24,000 bases of DNA from Candidatus Hodarchaeota archaeon (GTDB lineage: Archaea > Asgardarchaeota > Wukongarchaeia > Wukongarchaeales > Wukongarchaeaceae), in the NCBI GenBank assembly GCA_048886645.1, contig JBHLKN010000016.1, forward strand, positions 5,904 through 29,903, read 5' to 3'. The notes beneath the pieces were generated by a model. It saw only the letters and a list, made by a program, of their open reading frames with translations. It made no database searches and was not told the origin of the DNA. The position numbers and the translations under genes were made by a program. Below, piece after piece: positions 1-8,092 of the stretch. The first letter of the stretch is position 1; every line of letters starts with the position of its first letter.

Positions 1-240
1 CCATCTTCTAATCCTTAAAAACAGCTCTTGCTTGAACGTAAAGAAAAACGTGAGAAAGTACTTGTTGGGGATATAAAACATAGATTTTATTTAGAGCGTT
101 AAGCCTTCTAAGCTTCCAAAATTTCGTTTTTTGAACAAAAATTTGTTCTTTGAAAATCCTTTAATATTTTACAGTTTTTTATCCTTGTTTTTACATTTAA
201 CTACCTATCTTTTTACTTTCTTAAAATCGAAAAAAATTTA

Positions 241-300
241 AGCATTCTCACCTTTTTCGCTTCAAACATAAGCATTCTCACCTTTTTCGCTTCAAACATA
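241..300. repeat. Perfect 30-bp tandem duplication (2 copies) in the gap upstream region
   Basis: agcattctcacctttttcgcttcaaacata occurs at 241-270 and again, identical, at 271-300. It is followed by 'ag' (start of a third copy) and then an A-rich TATA-like stretch (303-316) before the gap start. Confidence 0.95.
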
Positions 301-332
301 AGTGAAAAAAATAATGTAAGAATGAATAGGAG

Positions 333-1379
333 TTGATGTTTTTGGTTGTTAAGGTTGGGATAAATGGGTTTGGTACCATTGGTAAACGTATTGCAGCTGC
401 TGTGAGTAAACAACCTGATATGACCCTGGTTGGGGTTACTAAGGCTAGTCCGGATTGGAAGGCGTGGTTTGCGAAAAGGTATAATTATCCTTTGTTTTTA
501 GCGGTTCCTGAAAAGATGGAGGATTTTAAAAAAGCCGGTATCGAAGTTGAGGGAACTGTTGAAGATTTAGTTGCAGAAGTCGATTTGATGGTCGATTGTT
601 CTCCTGACAAAATGGGCATAAAAAACAAGGAAGCTATTTATCTTCCCAAAAATATGAAAGCTATTTTTGAGGGCGGTGAAAAAGCTCCTGTTGCCGATGT
701 GTCTTTTGTTTCTATATGCAACTATGATGAAGGCGTAGGGAAAAACTATATTCGTTGCGTTTCTTGTAACACGACGGGTTTAGTGCGTTCACTTTACCAA
801 GTAGATCAGGCTTTCGGCATAGAAAGGGTAATAGCTACGATGGTTAGAAGGAGCGCAGATCCTCCGGAGATCAAAAAAGGCCCAATTAACGCGATAGTTG
901 TAGATCCTCCAACTTTACCATCTCATCATGGTCCTGATGTAAAAACCGTGATGCCCAATATAAACATCACAACTTTTGCAGTAAAAGTTCCTACGACAAT
1001 TTCTCACCTGCACTGCGTTACAGTGGATCTAAAAAATGAAGCTACAACTGAAGAAGTAATCGATATCTTTGCCAAATCTCCTAGAATAATCTTGGTTAGT
1101 GCAGAAAAAGGTATCAAAAGTACAGCAGAATTAATCGAATTTGCCAGGGATCTAGAAAGGCCCCGAAACGATCTCTATGAACTAGCTGTATGGCTTGAAA
1201 GCGTAAAAGTAGAAAACAAAACCCTCTACTTCTTCCAAGCAGTACACCAAGAAGCAATAGTTGTACCTAATAATATCGATGCATTACGAGCAATCACTGG
1301 TACAACAACTAAAGAAGAAAGTATATCCCTCACCAATAAAACATTAGAAATCCTAGAACCAGGAATCTATCCAACTTAA
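333..1379 (+). CDS. gap: Glyceraldehyde-3-phosphate dehydrogenase, archaeal type II
   Basis: 348-aa ORF with Rossmann motif VGINGFGTIGKR near the N-terminus and the catalytic-Cys motif VSCNTTGL typical of archaeal type II GAPDH. TTG at 333; ATG at 336 is the more likely start. Confidence 0.93.
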   Translation: MMFLVVKVGINGFGTIGKRIAAAVSKQPDMTLVGVTKASPDWKAWFAKRYNYPLFLAVPEKMEDFKKAGIEVEGTVEDLVAEVDLMVDCSPDKMGIKNKEAIYLPKNMKAIFEGGEKAPVADVSFVSICNYDEGVGKNYIRCVSCNTTGLVRSLYQVDQAFGIERVIATMVRRSADPPEIKKGPINAIVVDPPTLPSHHGPDVKTVMPNINITTFAVKVPTTISHLHCVTVDLKNEATTEEVIDIFAKSPRIILVSAEKGIKSTAELIEFARDLERPRNDLYELAVWLESVKVENKTLYFFQAVHQEAIVVPNNIDALRAITGTTTKEESISLTNKTLEILEPGIYPT

Positions 1380-1701
1380 TCCCCCTCTTTATTATTTACT
1401 TTTTACCTATATTCCAAAAATTTTGGAGAATTCAAAAATCTTAAAATAGTTAACCAAACCAAATAATATATAAAATATATATAATATCAAGATTTAAACC
1501 TTGAAAAACAAATAATCATTTTGTAAAGTTAGAGTCATAAAACACGCTATATCATCTGTAAAAATACTCTATCATTAATATAACGTTTCACTTGTAACGT
1601 TTATTCACTTGTAAAAGGTTGGTTTAAAGTTTAGTAAAATGGGTCGGAAAAGGCGCCCGTTTTTTGCGCCTATTACTCATTTAAAAACGAAAAAATATTT
1701 C

Positions 1702-1707
1702 AGGAGG
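1702..1707 (+). promoter_or_regulatory. Shine-Dalgarno-like AGGAGG upstream of the dnaG ATG (1718)
   Basis: The sequence caggaggattcataatcATG places AGGAGG about 10 nt upstream of the ATG that opens the conserved DnaG N-terminus. Confidence 0.5.
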
Positions 1708-1717
1708 ATTCATAATC

Positions 1718-3003
1718 ATGGGAAAAGATACAAGCTCAATAATGAGTGGTACTACTAAATATTTGATCCGTTCTCGGTTTGAAACTAACGGCATGTGTGA
1801 AAAATCTGATGTAGTTGGCGCTCTTTTTGGCCAAACCGAGACGTGGAACCTCACGATCGGGGTTAAACAGAGGGTCTTTTGGGCCCGGATTTAGAATTGC
1901 GTGAACTACAAAAATCGGGACGGATTGGTAGGATTCAAGTAGAGCTGAAAAGTGAAGGCGGAAAATGCTCCGGACAGATTGTAATTCCAAGCTCTTTAGA
2001 TAAAGTTGAGACAGCCATATTAGCTGGTGCTTTAGAAACAGTTGATCGCATAGGTCCTTGTGAAGCAACTGTTAGAGTTGAAAGGATAGAAGATGTTAGA
2101 GAAGCGAAAAGACGACGAGTAATCGATAGGGCTATTGACTTGATCCGAAACTGGGAGGAAGGAGAAAGTCAAAGTTACTCTGAACTTGCAGAAGAAGTTG
2201 TTAAATCGGTTCGAGGAAGCACTATCAAAAATTACGGTCGCAACGGACTTCCTGGCGGTCCTGATGTGGAAGAAGCTGACAGCATAATAATCGTTGAAGG
2301 AAGAGCGGACGTTGTTAATCTCTTAAAATACGGTATAAGAAACGCTGTAGCAGTAGAAGGCACGAGCATACCAAAGACAATCATCGAGCTATCCAAGTCA
2401 AAAACTGTAACCGCTTTTCTTGACGGTGATCGAGGCGGCGACCTTATTTTAGCCGAACTGTTACAAGTGGCAGATGTTGACTATGTATCAAGAGCTCCCC
2501 CAAGCAAAGAGGTTGAAGAACTTACAAGGAAAGAAGTGATTAAGGCTTTAAGAAACAAGGTACCGGTAGAGCAATTACCAGAAATTCCTCTACAAGCAAG
2601 AAAACCCCAGAAAAAGCATGAAAAGATGAAGATAACAGAAGAAAAAGCCGTAAAAGCTCCTCTGAAAAAGAAAGAAGGAGAAAGGACAGATCTACCCGGA
2701 CCATTAATCGATATTGTTGGGCAAATAGAAGGTACTGGTGAAAGCATTTTACTTGACGAAAACTTCAAAGAAATTTCAAGGATACCAGTAAGAGAATTAG
2801 TTGAAAAAATTCAAAATATAGAGAGAAAAATCCACGCTGTAATTTTTGATGGGGTCATAACACAGCGTATTGTTGACGTAGCTGCTGAAAAAGACATAAG
2901 TATCCTTGTAGGAGGCACAATAGGAGACGTTGTAAAGAAACCGCTCAAACTCCGATTATATTATGCTGATACACCGCCTAAAAGCTTTGAAGATCACGTA
3001 TAA
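1718..3003 (+). CDS. dnaG: Archaeal DnaG-type primase (TOPRIM), reading frame interrupted after codon 41
   Basis: ATG 1718 encodes MGKDTSSIMSGTTKYLIRSRFETNGMCEKSDVVGALFGQTE, which matches the conserved archaeal DnaG N-terminus, then runs to a stop at 1892-1894. A second frame, open from 1867 (track ORF 1879..3003), continues TEGLLGPDLELRELQKSGRIGRI. That frame carries the TOPRIM motifs IIIVEGRADV and FLDGDRGGD. Removing 32 nt (1841-1872) joins the two frames perfectly. Confidence 0.88.
1841..1872 (+). other. 32-nt insertion disrupting dnaG, bounded by imperfect 8-nt direct repeat
   Basis: aaaccgag (1833-1840) and aaacagag (1865-1872) flank 24 nt (acgtggaacctcacgatcggggtt). Because of the repeat, any deletion window starting at 1833-1841 restores ...GQTEGLLGPDLELREL... 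Confidence 0.8.
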
Positions 3004-3018
3004 GATTAAACTCTTATT

Positions 3019-4179
3019 CTACAAATGAATAAGTTCACGGGGCGAATATGATAAAGGTCTACATTTTTCCCGAGTAATCACTACATTATCTTCTAATCTT
3101 ATGCCTCCAACCCCTTCTATGTAAAGCCCTGGTTCTACTGTTAACACCGAACCTGCTGGTATGGGGATTTTTGCATAAGGATCGCCTTCATTACTAAGCC
3201 TTGCTCCGACATCGTGGGTTTCTATACCAAGAGGATGTCCTAAAGCATGAATGAAAAACTTGTCAGCATCAAAACCGTGTTTTTTGAGAACTTCCCTCGC
3301 GATTTTATCTACTTCCATCCCCATTATTCCGGGTTTTAAAATTTCAATAGCCTCTTTTTTAGCGTTGTAAACCGCTTCATACATCTGCTCGAGCTTTTCA
3401 CCATCTTTTCGCCCTAGTTGGTACGTCCGCGTAATGTCTCCACAGTATCCATCCAACTTTACACCCATATCAATTAAAACTATGTCACCTTTGACTATTT
3501 TTTTCTTGCTTGTTTGATGATGGGGATAAGCGCTATTTAGACCTGAAGCAACTATTGTTTCAAAGGATGGTTCGCCCACTTTATCTATTTCGTAATTAAT
3601 CTTTGCTCCAACTTCTTTTTCAGTTACCCCCTCTTTAATGAATTCTGGCACTTTATTTTCAAATATTTCTATGGTGGCTTTTACTGCTTCTTCTATCTTT
3701 TTTATCTCTTTTGGGGTTTTTACACTTCTTAATTTTTCAAGAAAAGGAGCTGCAGACTCTAAAGAAACGTTTTCAAGAATTGTTTTCAAGCTTGTGAAAA
3801 TACCGACAGGCATCTTATCAAATCCCCCTTTCCCCTCAATAATTGAGTTTTCAACATAGTTTATAACAATTTTAGGAGTTTCACCAAGATCAGAAATCAT
3901 TTCCTTCAATTTTTCAGTAAACTTTTTCTCCCCACCATATTCTTCAACAACAAACCCTCTATCCCTCACCATTGCTCCTTCCATCCGAGTGATTAAAACC
4001 TTTACATCACCCTCTTTGGGAACAATTATCGCGTGAGTGGAATAAACACGAATGCCTAAAACAAAACGAGAATGAACATCCTCATTTTCACGAGTAACGA
4101 TTAACCAACTATCAAAACCAAACTCTTCAAGAAGACTTTGAGCCCGCTCTATTACCTCTAACTCTATATCTAACACCAA
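3019..4179 (-). CDS. M24B family Xaa-Pro aminopeptidase/prolidase
   Basis: 386 aa with pita-bread metal-ligand motifs: DMGVKLDGYCGDITRT, HALGHPLGIETHD, LTVEPGLY and GIRLEDNVVIT. A creatinase/prolidase-like N-terminal domain is present. Confidence 0.9.
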   Translation of the reverse strand: MVLDIELEVIERAQSLLEEFGFDSWLIVTRENEDVHSRFVLGIRVYSTHAIIVPKEGDVKVLITRMEGAMVRDRGFVVEEYGGEKKFTEKLKEMISDLGETPKIVINYVENSIIEGKGGFDKMPVGIFTSLKTILENVSLESAAPFLEKLRSVKTPKEIKKIEEAVKATIEIFENKVPEFIKEGVTEKEVGAKINYEIDKVGEPSFETIVASGLNSAYPHHQTSKKKIVKGDIVLIDMGVKLDGYCGDITRTYQLGRKDGEKLEQMYEAVYNAKKEAIEILKPGIMGMEVDKIAREVLKKHGFDADKFFIHALGHPLGIETHDVGARLSNEGDPYAKIPIPAGSVLTVEPGLYIEGVGGIRLEDNVVITREKCRPLSYSPRELIHL

Positions 4180-4191
4180 TAATACCTCCGG

Positions 4192-4929
4192 TCACCTGGA
4201 TAAAGGTAAGACAGGTAAAATATTGCTATTTAAAATTTTTTTAGAAGCTTTTAAAGTTCTTTTCGGAATTATACTTCTTTCTACTCCGCTCTTTTTATCT
4301 TCCAAGATTTTTAATGATTTTTCTAAATCTTTTAATGTGTCAATGTCAAGGGTCACGGAAGGATCATCATATTTTCTGAAGGGAACTTTTTCTAAGCGTG
4401 CTTTCTCCTGAAACGCTTTGAAGGATTTTCCACCAAAAACAGGCTCCATAACGTTACAAGGTTTGAACAAAACAGTAGATGTACCGCCATCGTTAGTGGG
4501 GCAAGCTACCACTACTCTTTTATAATTTTTCGCTATTTCCACCAGATCTCTGATATTTTTAATGTTAATAAGGGGTGTATCGCCCATGATAATAATAGAT
4601 TGAGTTGCAGACCTTTTTTTTGCTTCGTTTAATGCTTTCAAAACAGCAGAATTCAGATTCCTTCCATCATCTTTCAACGGCAAAAAATTCCTTTCCTTTG
4701 AAAGATCTAATAATTTATCGTCACTACTACAAACAATGATTAAATCCACAATAGATTGAGTAATAGAGCTTGATAACACGTCTAATATGTCGAGAAACAT
4801 CCCCATTATAAGTTCCTTTACAAGACTTTTATTTTCATACCCAAGCTCTACAGAAAGCCTGCTTTTACCACTATCAAGACTTCTAACCGCAACCGCCGCA
4901 ACTGTAATAGTCTTTTTTCCTGCAATCAA
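4192..4929 (-). CDS. cofC: Probable 2-phospho-L-lactate guanylyltransferase (CofC-like nucleotidyltransferase)
   Basis: N-terminal VAAVAVRSLDSGKSRLS resembles the CofC ...PVK..S.AKSRL motif, and IIIMGDTPLI is a nucleotidyltransferase-like motif. The gene lies 10 nt downstream of cofD on the same strand. TTG start. Confidence 0.65.
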   Translation of the reverse strand: MIAGKKTITVAAVAVRSLDSGKSRLSVELGYENKSLVKELIMGMFLDILDVLSSSITQSIVDLIIVCSSDDKLLDLSKERNFLPLKDDGRNLNSAVLKALNEAKKRSATQSIIIMGDTPLINIKNIRDLVEIAKNYKRVVVACPTNDGGTSTVLFKPCNVMEPVFGGKSFKAFQEKARLEKVPFRKYDDPSVTLDIDTLKDLEKSLKILEDKKSGVERSIIPKRTLKASKKILNSNILPVLPLSR

Positions 4930-4939
4930 TCTAGAATCC

Positions 4940-5875
4940 TCACACTTTTAGCACTGTTTCTGCTAGTTCTTTTTTATCATCAAGCGTCTTCATTATAGTG
5001 TTTACCGAAACAACTTCAATACCAAGCTCTTTTTCAATCCTTTTAACCATATTTTTATCCCTTTCATCTATTATTAAGCAATCTAAAAAAGATTGATAAA
5101 CTTTAGCAACACCTAAGGGGGAAACTTCAAGGTTTAAAAACTGCATAAAAGTTCCAGCAGGACCGCTTAAAGGACTATCTCCTATGATTGGAGACACAGC
5201 AACCACCTTTGCCTTCGTTTTTTCTAAAACCTCCCTAATCTCTTTTACTGCCAATATTGGACCGATACTCGTCACAGGATTGCTTGGACCGATAACAATC
5301 TTTTCAGCACAATTAATTGCTTCTAAAACACCAGGAGCTGATTTAGCGATTTCTGCACCCTTAAAGTCAATATTTAAAACCTTTAAGGATCCTTTTTCAC
5401 GCACCCACCATTCCTGAAAATGCATCCATCCTTTTTCAGTTAAAATCCTTGTTTGGATACTTTGATTACTTGCAGGAAAAATAGAAACTCTCACATTTAA
5501 AATATCACAAATAAACTTACAAGCCTCGCTTAAACGAAACCCTTTTCGTAAAAGATAGGTGCGTAAGAAACAGAAAGAAAGGTCTTTATCTCCAAGTTTA
5601 AACCAAGAATCTTCACCAATCCTCTCAAGATATCGAATAAAGTTAAAAGTATCCCCTTTTATCCCCCACATTTTTTCTCCATCAACAATTCCGGCAATAG
5701 TATACGTAATAACGTCAAGATCAGGCGAAACATAAAGATCGTATATCTCGTAATCATCGCCTACATTACTAATAACCGAAACCTCTTCGGGGCTGATTAA
5801 AGGTAAAACACCTTGGAGTAACTTGGGCGTACCAGTACCGCCAGAAAGAAAAAGTATCATGATTTCTTTCATCAA
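4940..5875 (-). CDS. cofD: 2-phospho-L-lactate transferase (F420 biosynthesis, CofD)
   Basis: N-terminal ILFLSGGTGTPKLLQGV is the signature CofD motif. Length is 311 aa and the gene is adjacent to a cofC-like gene. Confidence 0.88.
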   Translation of the reverse strand: MMKEIMILFLSGGTGTPKLLQGVLPLISPEEVSVISNVGDDYEIYDLYVSPDLDVITYTIAGIVDGEKMWGIKGDTFNFIRYLERIGEDSWFKLGDKDLSFCFLRTYLLRKGFRLSEACKFICDILNVRVSIFPASNQSIQTRILTEKGWMHFQEWWVREKGSLKVLNIDFKGAEIAKSAPGVLEAINCAEKIVIGPSNPVTSIGPILAVKEIREVLEKTKAKVVAVSPIIGDSPLSGPAGTFMQFLNLEVSPLGVAKVYQSFLDCLIIDERDKNMVKRIEKELGIEVVSVNTIMKTLDDKKELAETVLKV

Positions 5876-5879
5876 CCGC

Positions 5880-6455
5880 TCATTTTATAACGTAACGATA
5901 AGCTACTAAAACACCAGCAGTAGGGCTTTTTCTCGTAATCTTCACAACTTCCCCTGCACGCGCCCCTACAGCTCGAGCAACGGGGTCGCTCTCTTTTAGC
6001 ATAGATAACTGATTGACTTGGATTCCATACTCCTTGACTATTTTTTCCACTTCTTCTTTTGGAACTATTTCATGTTGTGGCACTAAATCATGAGCAAAAA
6101 TGTCAAAAAAGGCGTATTCGGCAGGTATAAGTTCAATATTCTCATTTCCTGAAACTTCCTTACGCGTATAGTGCGTATATTTACCCACAGTTAACAAAAA
6201 ACCATGGTCTATCTTTCTTTCTTCCATCGACTTTTGCAATTCCCTAACAAATTTAACACCAATCGTTTTAACCTTGGGCAGCCAAGCAACCACATTAATC
6301 TTCTGCCTTCCCTCTTTTTTCTCCCCTAAAATTTCGATCTTATCTCCCACATCTTCTGCGCTAACCGGGGTGTATCCTCTATTCCTAATAACAGCTTTGA
6401 TGCCCTCCACTAATCTCTCATAAACAGCTTTTTCATCAATAGAACTGATTGTCAC
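5880..6455 (-). CDS. rpoH: RNA polymerase subunit Rpo5/RpoH with a eukaryotic Rpb5-like N-terminal domain (full-length Rpb5 architecture)
   Basis: The C-terminal half, HDLVPQHEIVPKEEVEKIVKEYGIQVNQLSMLKESDPVARAVGARAGEVVKITRKSPTAGVLVAYRYVIK, matches the Rpb5/RpoH core (compare yeast HELVPKH...[36 protein letters not shown]). The N-terminal ~115 aa (IKAVIRNRGY..., IGVKFVRELQKSMEERKIDHGFLLTVGKYT) aligns with the yeast Rpb5 N-domain (VKEMVKDRGY..., [30 protein letters not shown]). GTG start. Confidence 0.85.
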   Translation of the reverse strand: MTISSIDEKAVYERLVEGIKAVIRNRGYTPVSAEDVGDKIEILGEKKEGRQKINVVAWLPKVKTIGVKFVRELQKSMEERKIDHGFLLTVGKYTHYTRKEVSGNENIELIPAEYAFFDIFAHDLVPQHEIVPKEEVEKIVKEYGIQVNQLSMLKESDPVARAVGARAGEVVKITRKSPTAGVLVAYRYVIK

Positions 6456-6656
6456 CCTAAAAACACGCCCATGTAACGTACTTTGTTAGCGTTAAGATTT
6501 TAAAACTTAACCATTAAAATCCTTTATTAAACCTATACATATTTAAAGAAAACCCAACTACTAAAATAAAAGTTGGAGAAAGAAATCAGAAACCTATACC
6601 ATCATCTCAGCTTAAAAAGCTTTAAACAGTAATAAGCTTATGGAGCGCTATAAAAA

Positions 6657-8039
6657 ATGGGTTTTAAAAACAAAGCGGTTTTAACAACAGTCTTATTTCT
6701 CTTCATTATGTTTTCCACATCTTTTTCTCACTCATTATCTAAAATTGAATCTAATCCCACGGAAAGGGAATCAATTTCCGATACCACGATACCTGAACCC
6801 GAAGATATTAAGGTTCTTGTAAATTTTGCTGCAAACGTATCTCAATATATTAACAAAACATCTGCAAGCATATTTTTAGATATGTTAGAAAATGAAACCG
6901 GTTTCGATCTCACAGTTTGGGAGAATGAAACTGTTTTTAGGACAAGTTTTACATCCATTGATTTGCAATTTTATGACGTTTTTATTCTCTTTGTTCACTC
7001 CAATTTGACTTTTACAGAGAATGCAATTAATGCATTGAAAGACTTTGTTAAAGAAGGTAAAACCCTTATGATATGTCATGCTCCAGAAAGTACAAACACC
7101 ACGACCAATATCAACAATGTGATCCAATATTTTGGCTTCAAATTCCTTGAAAATGTAACAGTAATAGATCCAGTAAATTTTGAGGACACAAACACCTCAA
7201 TAATAGCCCCATTCTTCTTAGATCAAATCCCTCAAACCCATGTTTTAAACCAAGAAAACGCCTTCCTAATATACCGTGGCATACCCATAATCACCAACAG
7301 TTCCTTAATAAACTCCACGAAACTTGAAGTAGTTGATCATTATAACTTAACATGGGCAAACGTTACCGCTTTTGCTGATAAAAACAATAACTCAGTAAAA
7401 GATTCAGGAGATATTAATGGAACGGATGTAGTTTTAGGCGTTTGCGCTGAAACAGAAAATCAGGGAAGATTTATAGGAATAGGCTCTGTTGCAATGTTTA
7501 ACAACACCTATACAAATGCCACTGGCAATTTTAGCGCTTATGAAAACCTGATGTTTGCCAATGAAACGATAAAATGGCTTGCAAAACTTACGGGCTTAGT
7601 ACTTTATGAGGATATGACCACAGATAAAGAGAAGATAACTTATGGGGAGCAGGTGAATGTTTCTGTAATAATCGAAGACGAAAACATGGAAGAAATCGTA
7701 GCAATAAACGCAAGCATCATAGTACACAAAATCGCCACAATGAACATAACAATGTTAAATATTAGTAGAACGGGAAAACAGTTCCACGCTGCCTATAACT
7801 CCACAACTTTTGAGGAAGCTGGAACGGTAGAATTTTCGGCAAACAGTTCAAAGGTTCGCGGATACACAAACATCACAACATATCCATGGATCATAGTAGA
7901 CGTTTTCCCAAAAGAAACTCCTCGAACATCTTTAAACTCCACCGCTTTAATACTCATAACCATGGCTACAATAGTAACCCTTGCAGGTCTTGGAGCTTAT
8001 GCCTTTAGAATAGCCCGTCTAAAAAAGCGCGAAAAATAA
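6657..8039 (+). CDS. Secreted, C-terminally membrane-anchored, heavily N-glycosylatable surface protein
   Basis: N-terminal signal-like segment AVLTTVLFLFIMFSTSFS. There are 26 N-X-S/T sequons by hand count in 460 aa. The C-terminal TM helix ALILITMATIVTLAGLGAYAF is followed by the basic tail RIARLKKREK. The segment YDVFILFVHSNLTFTENAINALKDFVKEGKTLMICHA looks like a ThuA/DUF4350-type flavodoxin-like module (weak). Confidence 0.75.
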   Translation: MGFKNKAVLTTVLFLFIMFSTSFSHSLSKIESNPTERESISDTTIPEPEDIKVLVNFAANVSQYINKTSASIFLDMLENETGFDLTVWENETVFRTSFTSIDLQFYDVFILFVHSNLTFTENAINALKDFVKEGKTLMICHAPESTNTTTNINNVIQYFGFKFLENVTVIDPVNFEDTNTSIIAPFFLDQIPQTHVLNQENAFLIYRGIPIITNSSLINSTKLEVVDHYNLTWANVTAFADKNNNSVKDSGDINGTDVVLGVCAETENQGRFIGIGSVAMFNNTYTNATGNFSAYENLMFANETIKWLAKLTGLVLYEDMTTDKEKITYGEQVNVSVIIEDENMEEIVAINASIIVHKIATMNITMLNISRTGKQFHAAYNSTTFEEAGTVEFSANSSKVRGYTNITTYPWIIVDVFPKETPRTSLNSTALILITMATIVTLAGLGAYAFRIARLKKREK

Positions 8040-8092
8040 ATGGTATAACTCCAATATTATAATTTGTAAAAAAAGATGTTCGGTGAAGTCCT

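Noticed and set aside
241-300. Possible mini-CRISPR array
   Set aside because: There are only two directly abutting identical 30-mers with no spacers, and no cas genes in the window. It is a simple tandem duplication.
213-413. 66-aa minus-strand ORF containing a repeated MLMFEAKKVR peptide
   Set aside because: The peptide repeat is just the translation of the 30-bp promoter duplication. The ORF also overlaps the gap start and has no coding signature.
1829-1885. Bulge-helix-bulge (BHB) archaeal splicing motif around the 32-nt dnaG insertion
   Set aside because: A helix/3-nt bulge/4-bp helix/3-nt bulge fold can be drawn: 1831-1835 pairs with 1878-1882, AGAC 1839-1842 pairs with GTCT 1874-1877, and the bulges are CCG and AGG. 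In this drawing the bulges lie 5' of the central-helix strands. That is the mirror image of the canonical tRNA-type BHB as I reconstruct it. In the canonical orientation no 4-bp central helix fits any of the nine equivalent splice windows. The intron idea stays a hypothesis under the dnaG finding, not a called feature.
1736-2068. 110-aa minus-strand ORF, and similar antisense or overlapping track ORFs
   Set aside because: The others are 2481-2768, 3638-3859, 4223-4411, 5184-5417, 6885-7127, 8005-8310, 8019-8288, 8533-8736, 8574-8792, 8846-9295, 9120-9620, 9334-9516, 9344-9535, 9623-9835, 9727-9951, 10779-11084, 11318-11557, 13122-13304, 13701-14156, 14280-14537, 14565-14765, 16495-16863, 16691-16900, 18025-18414, 18740-18961, 19877-20062, 21188-21454, 21885-22082, 22731-22937 and 22889-23089. 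All are nested in or antisense to longer ORFs with clear family motifs. Their compositions (F/L/S-rich, low complexity) are typical of non-coding frames in AT-rich DNA.
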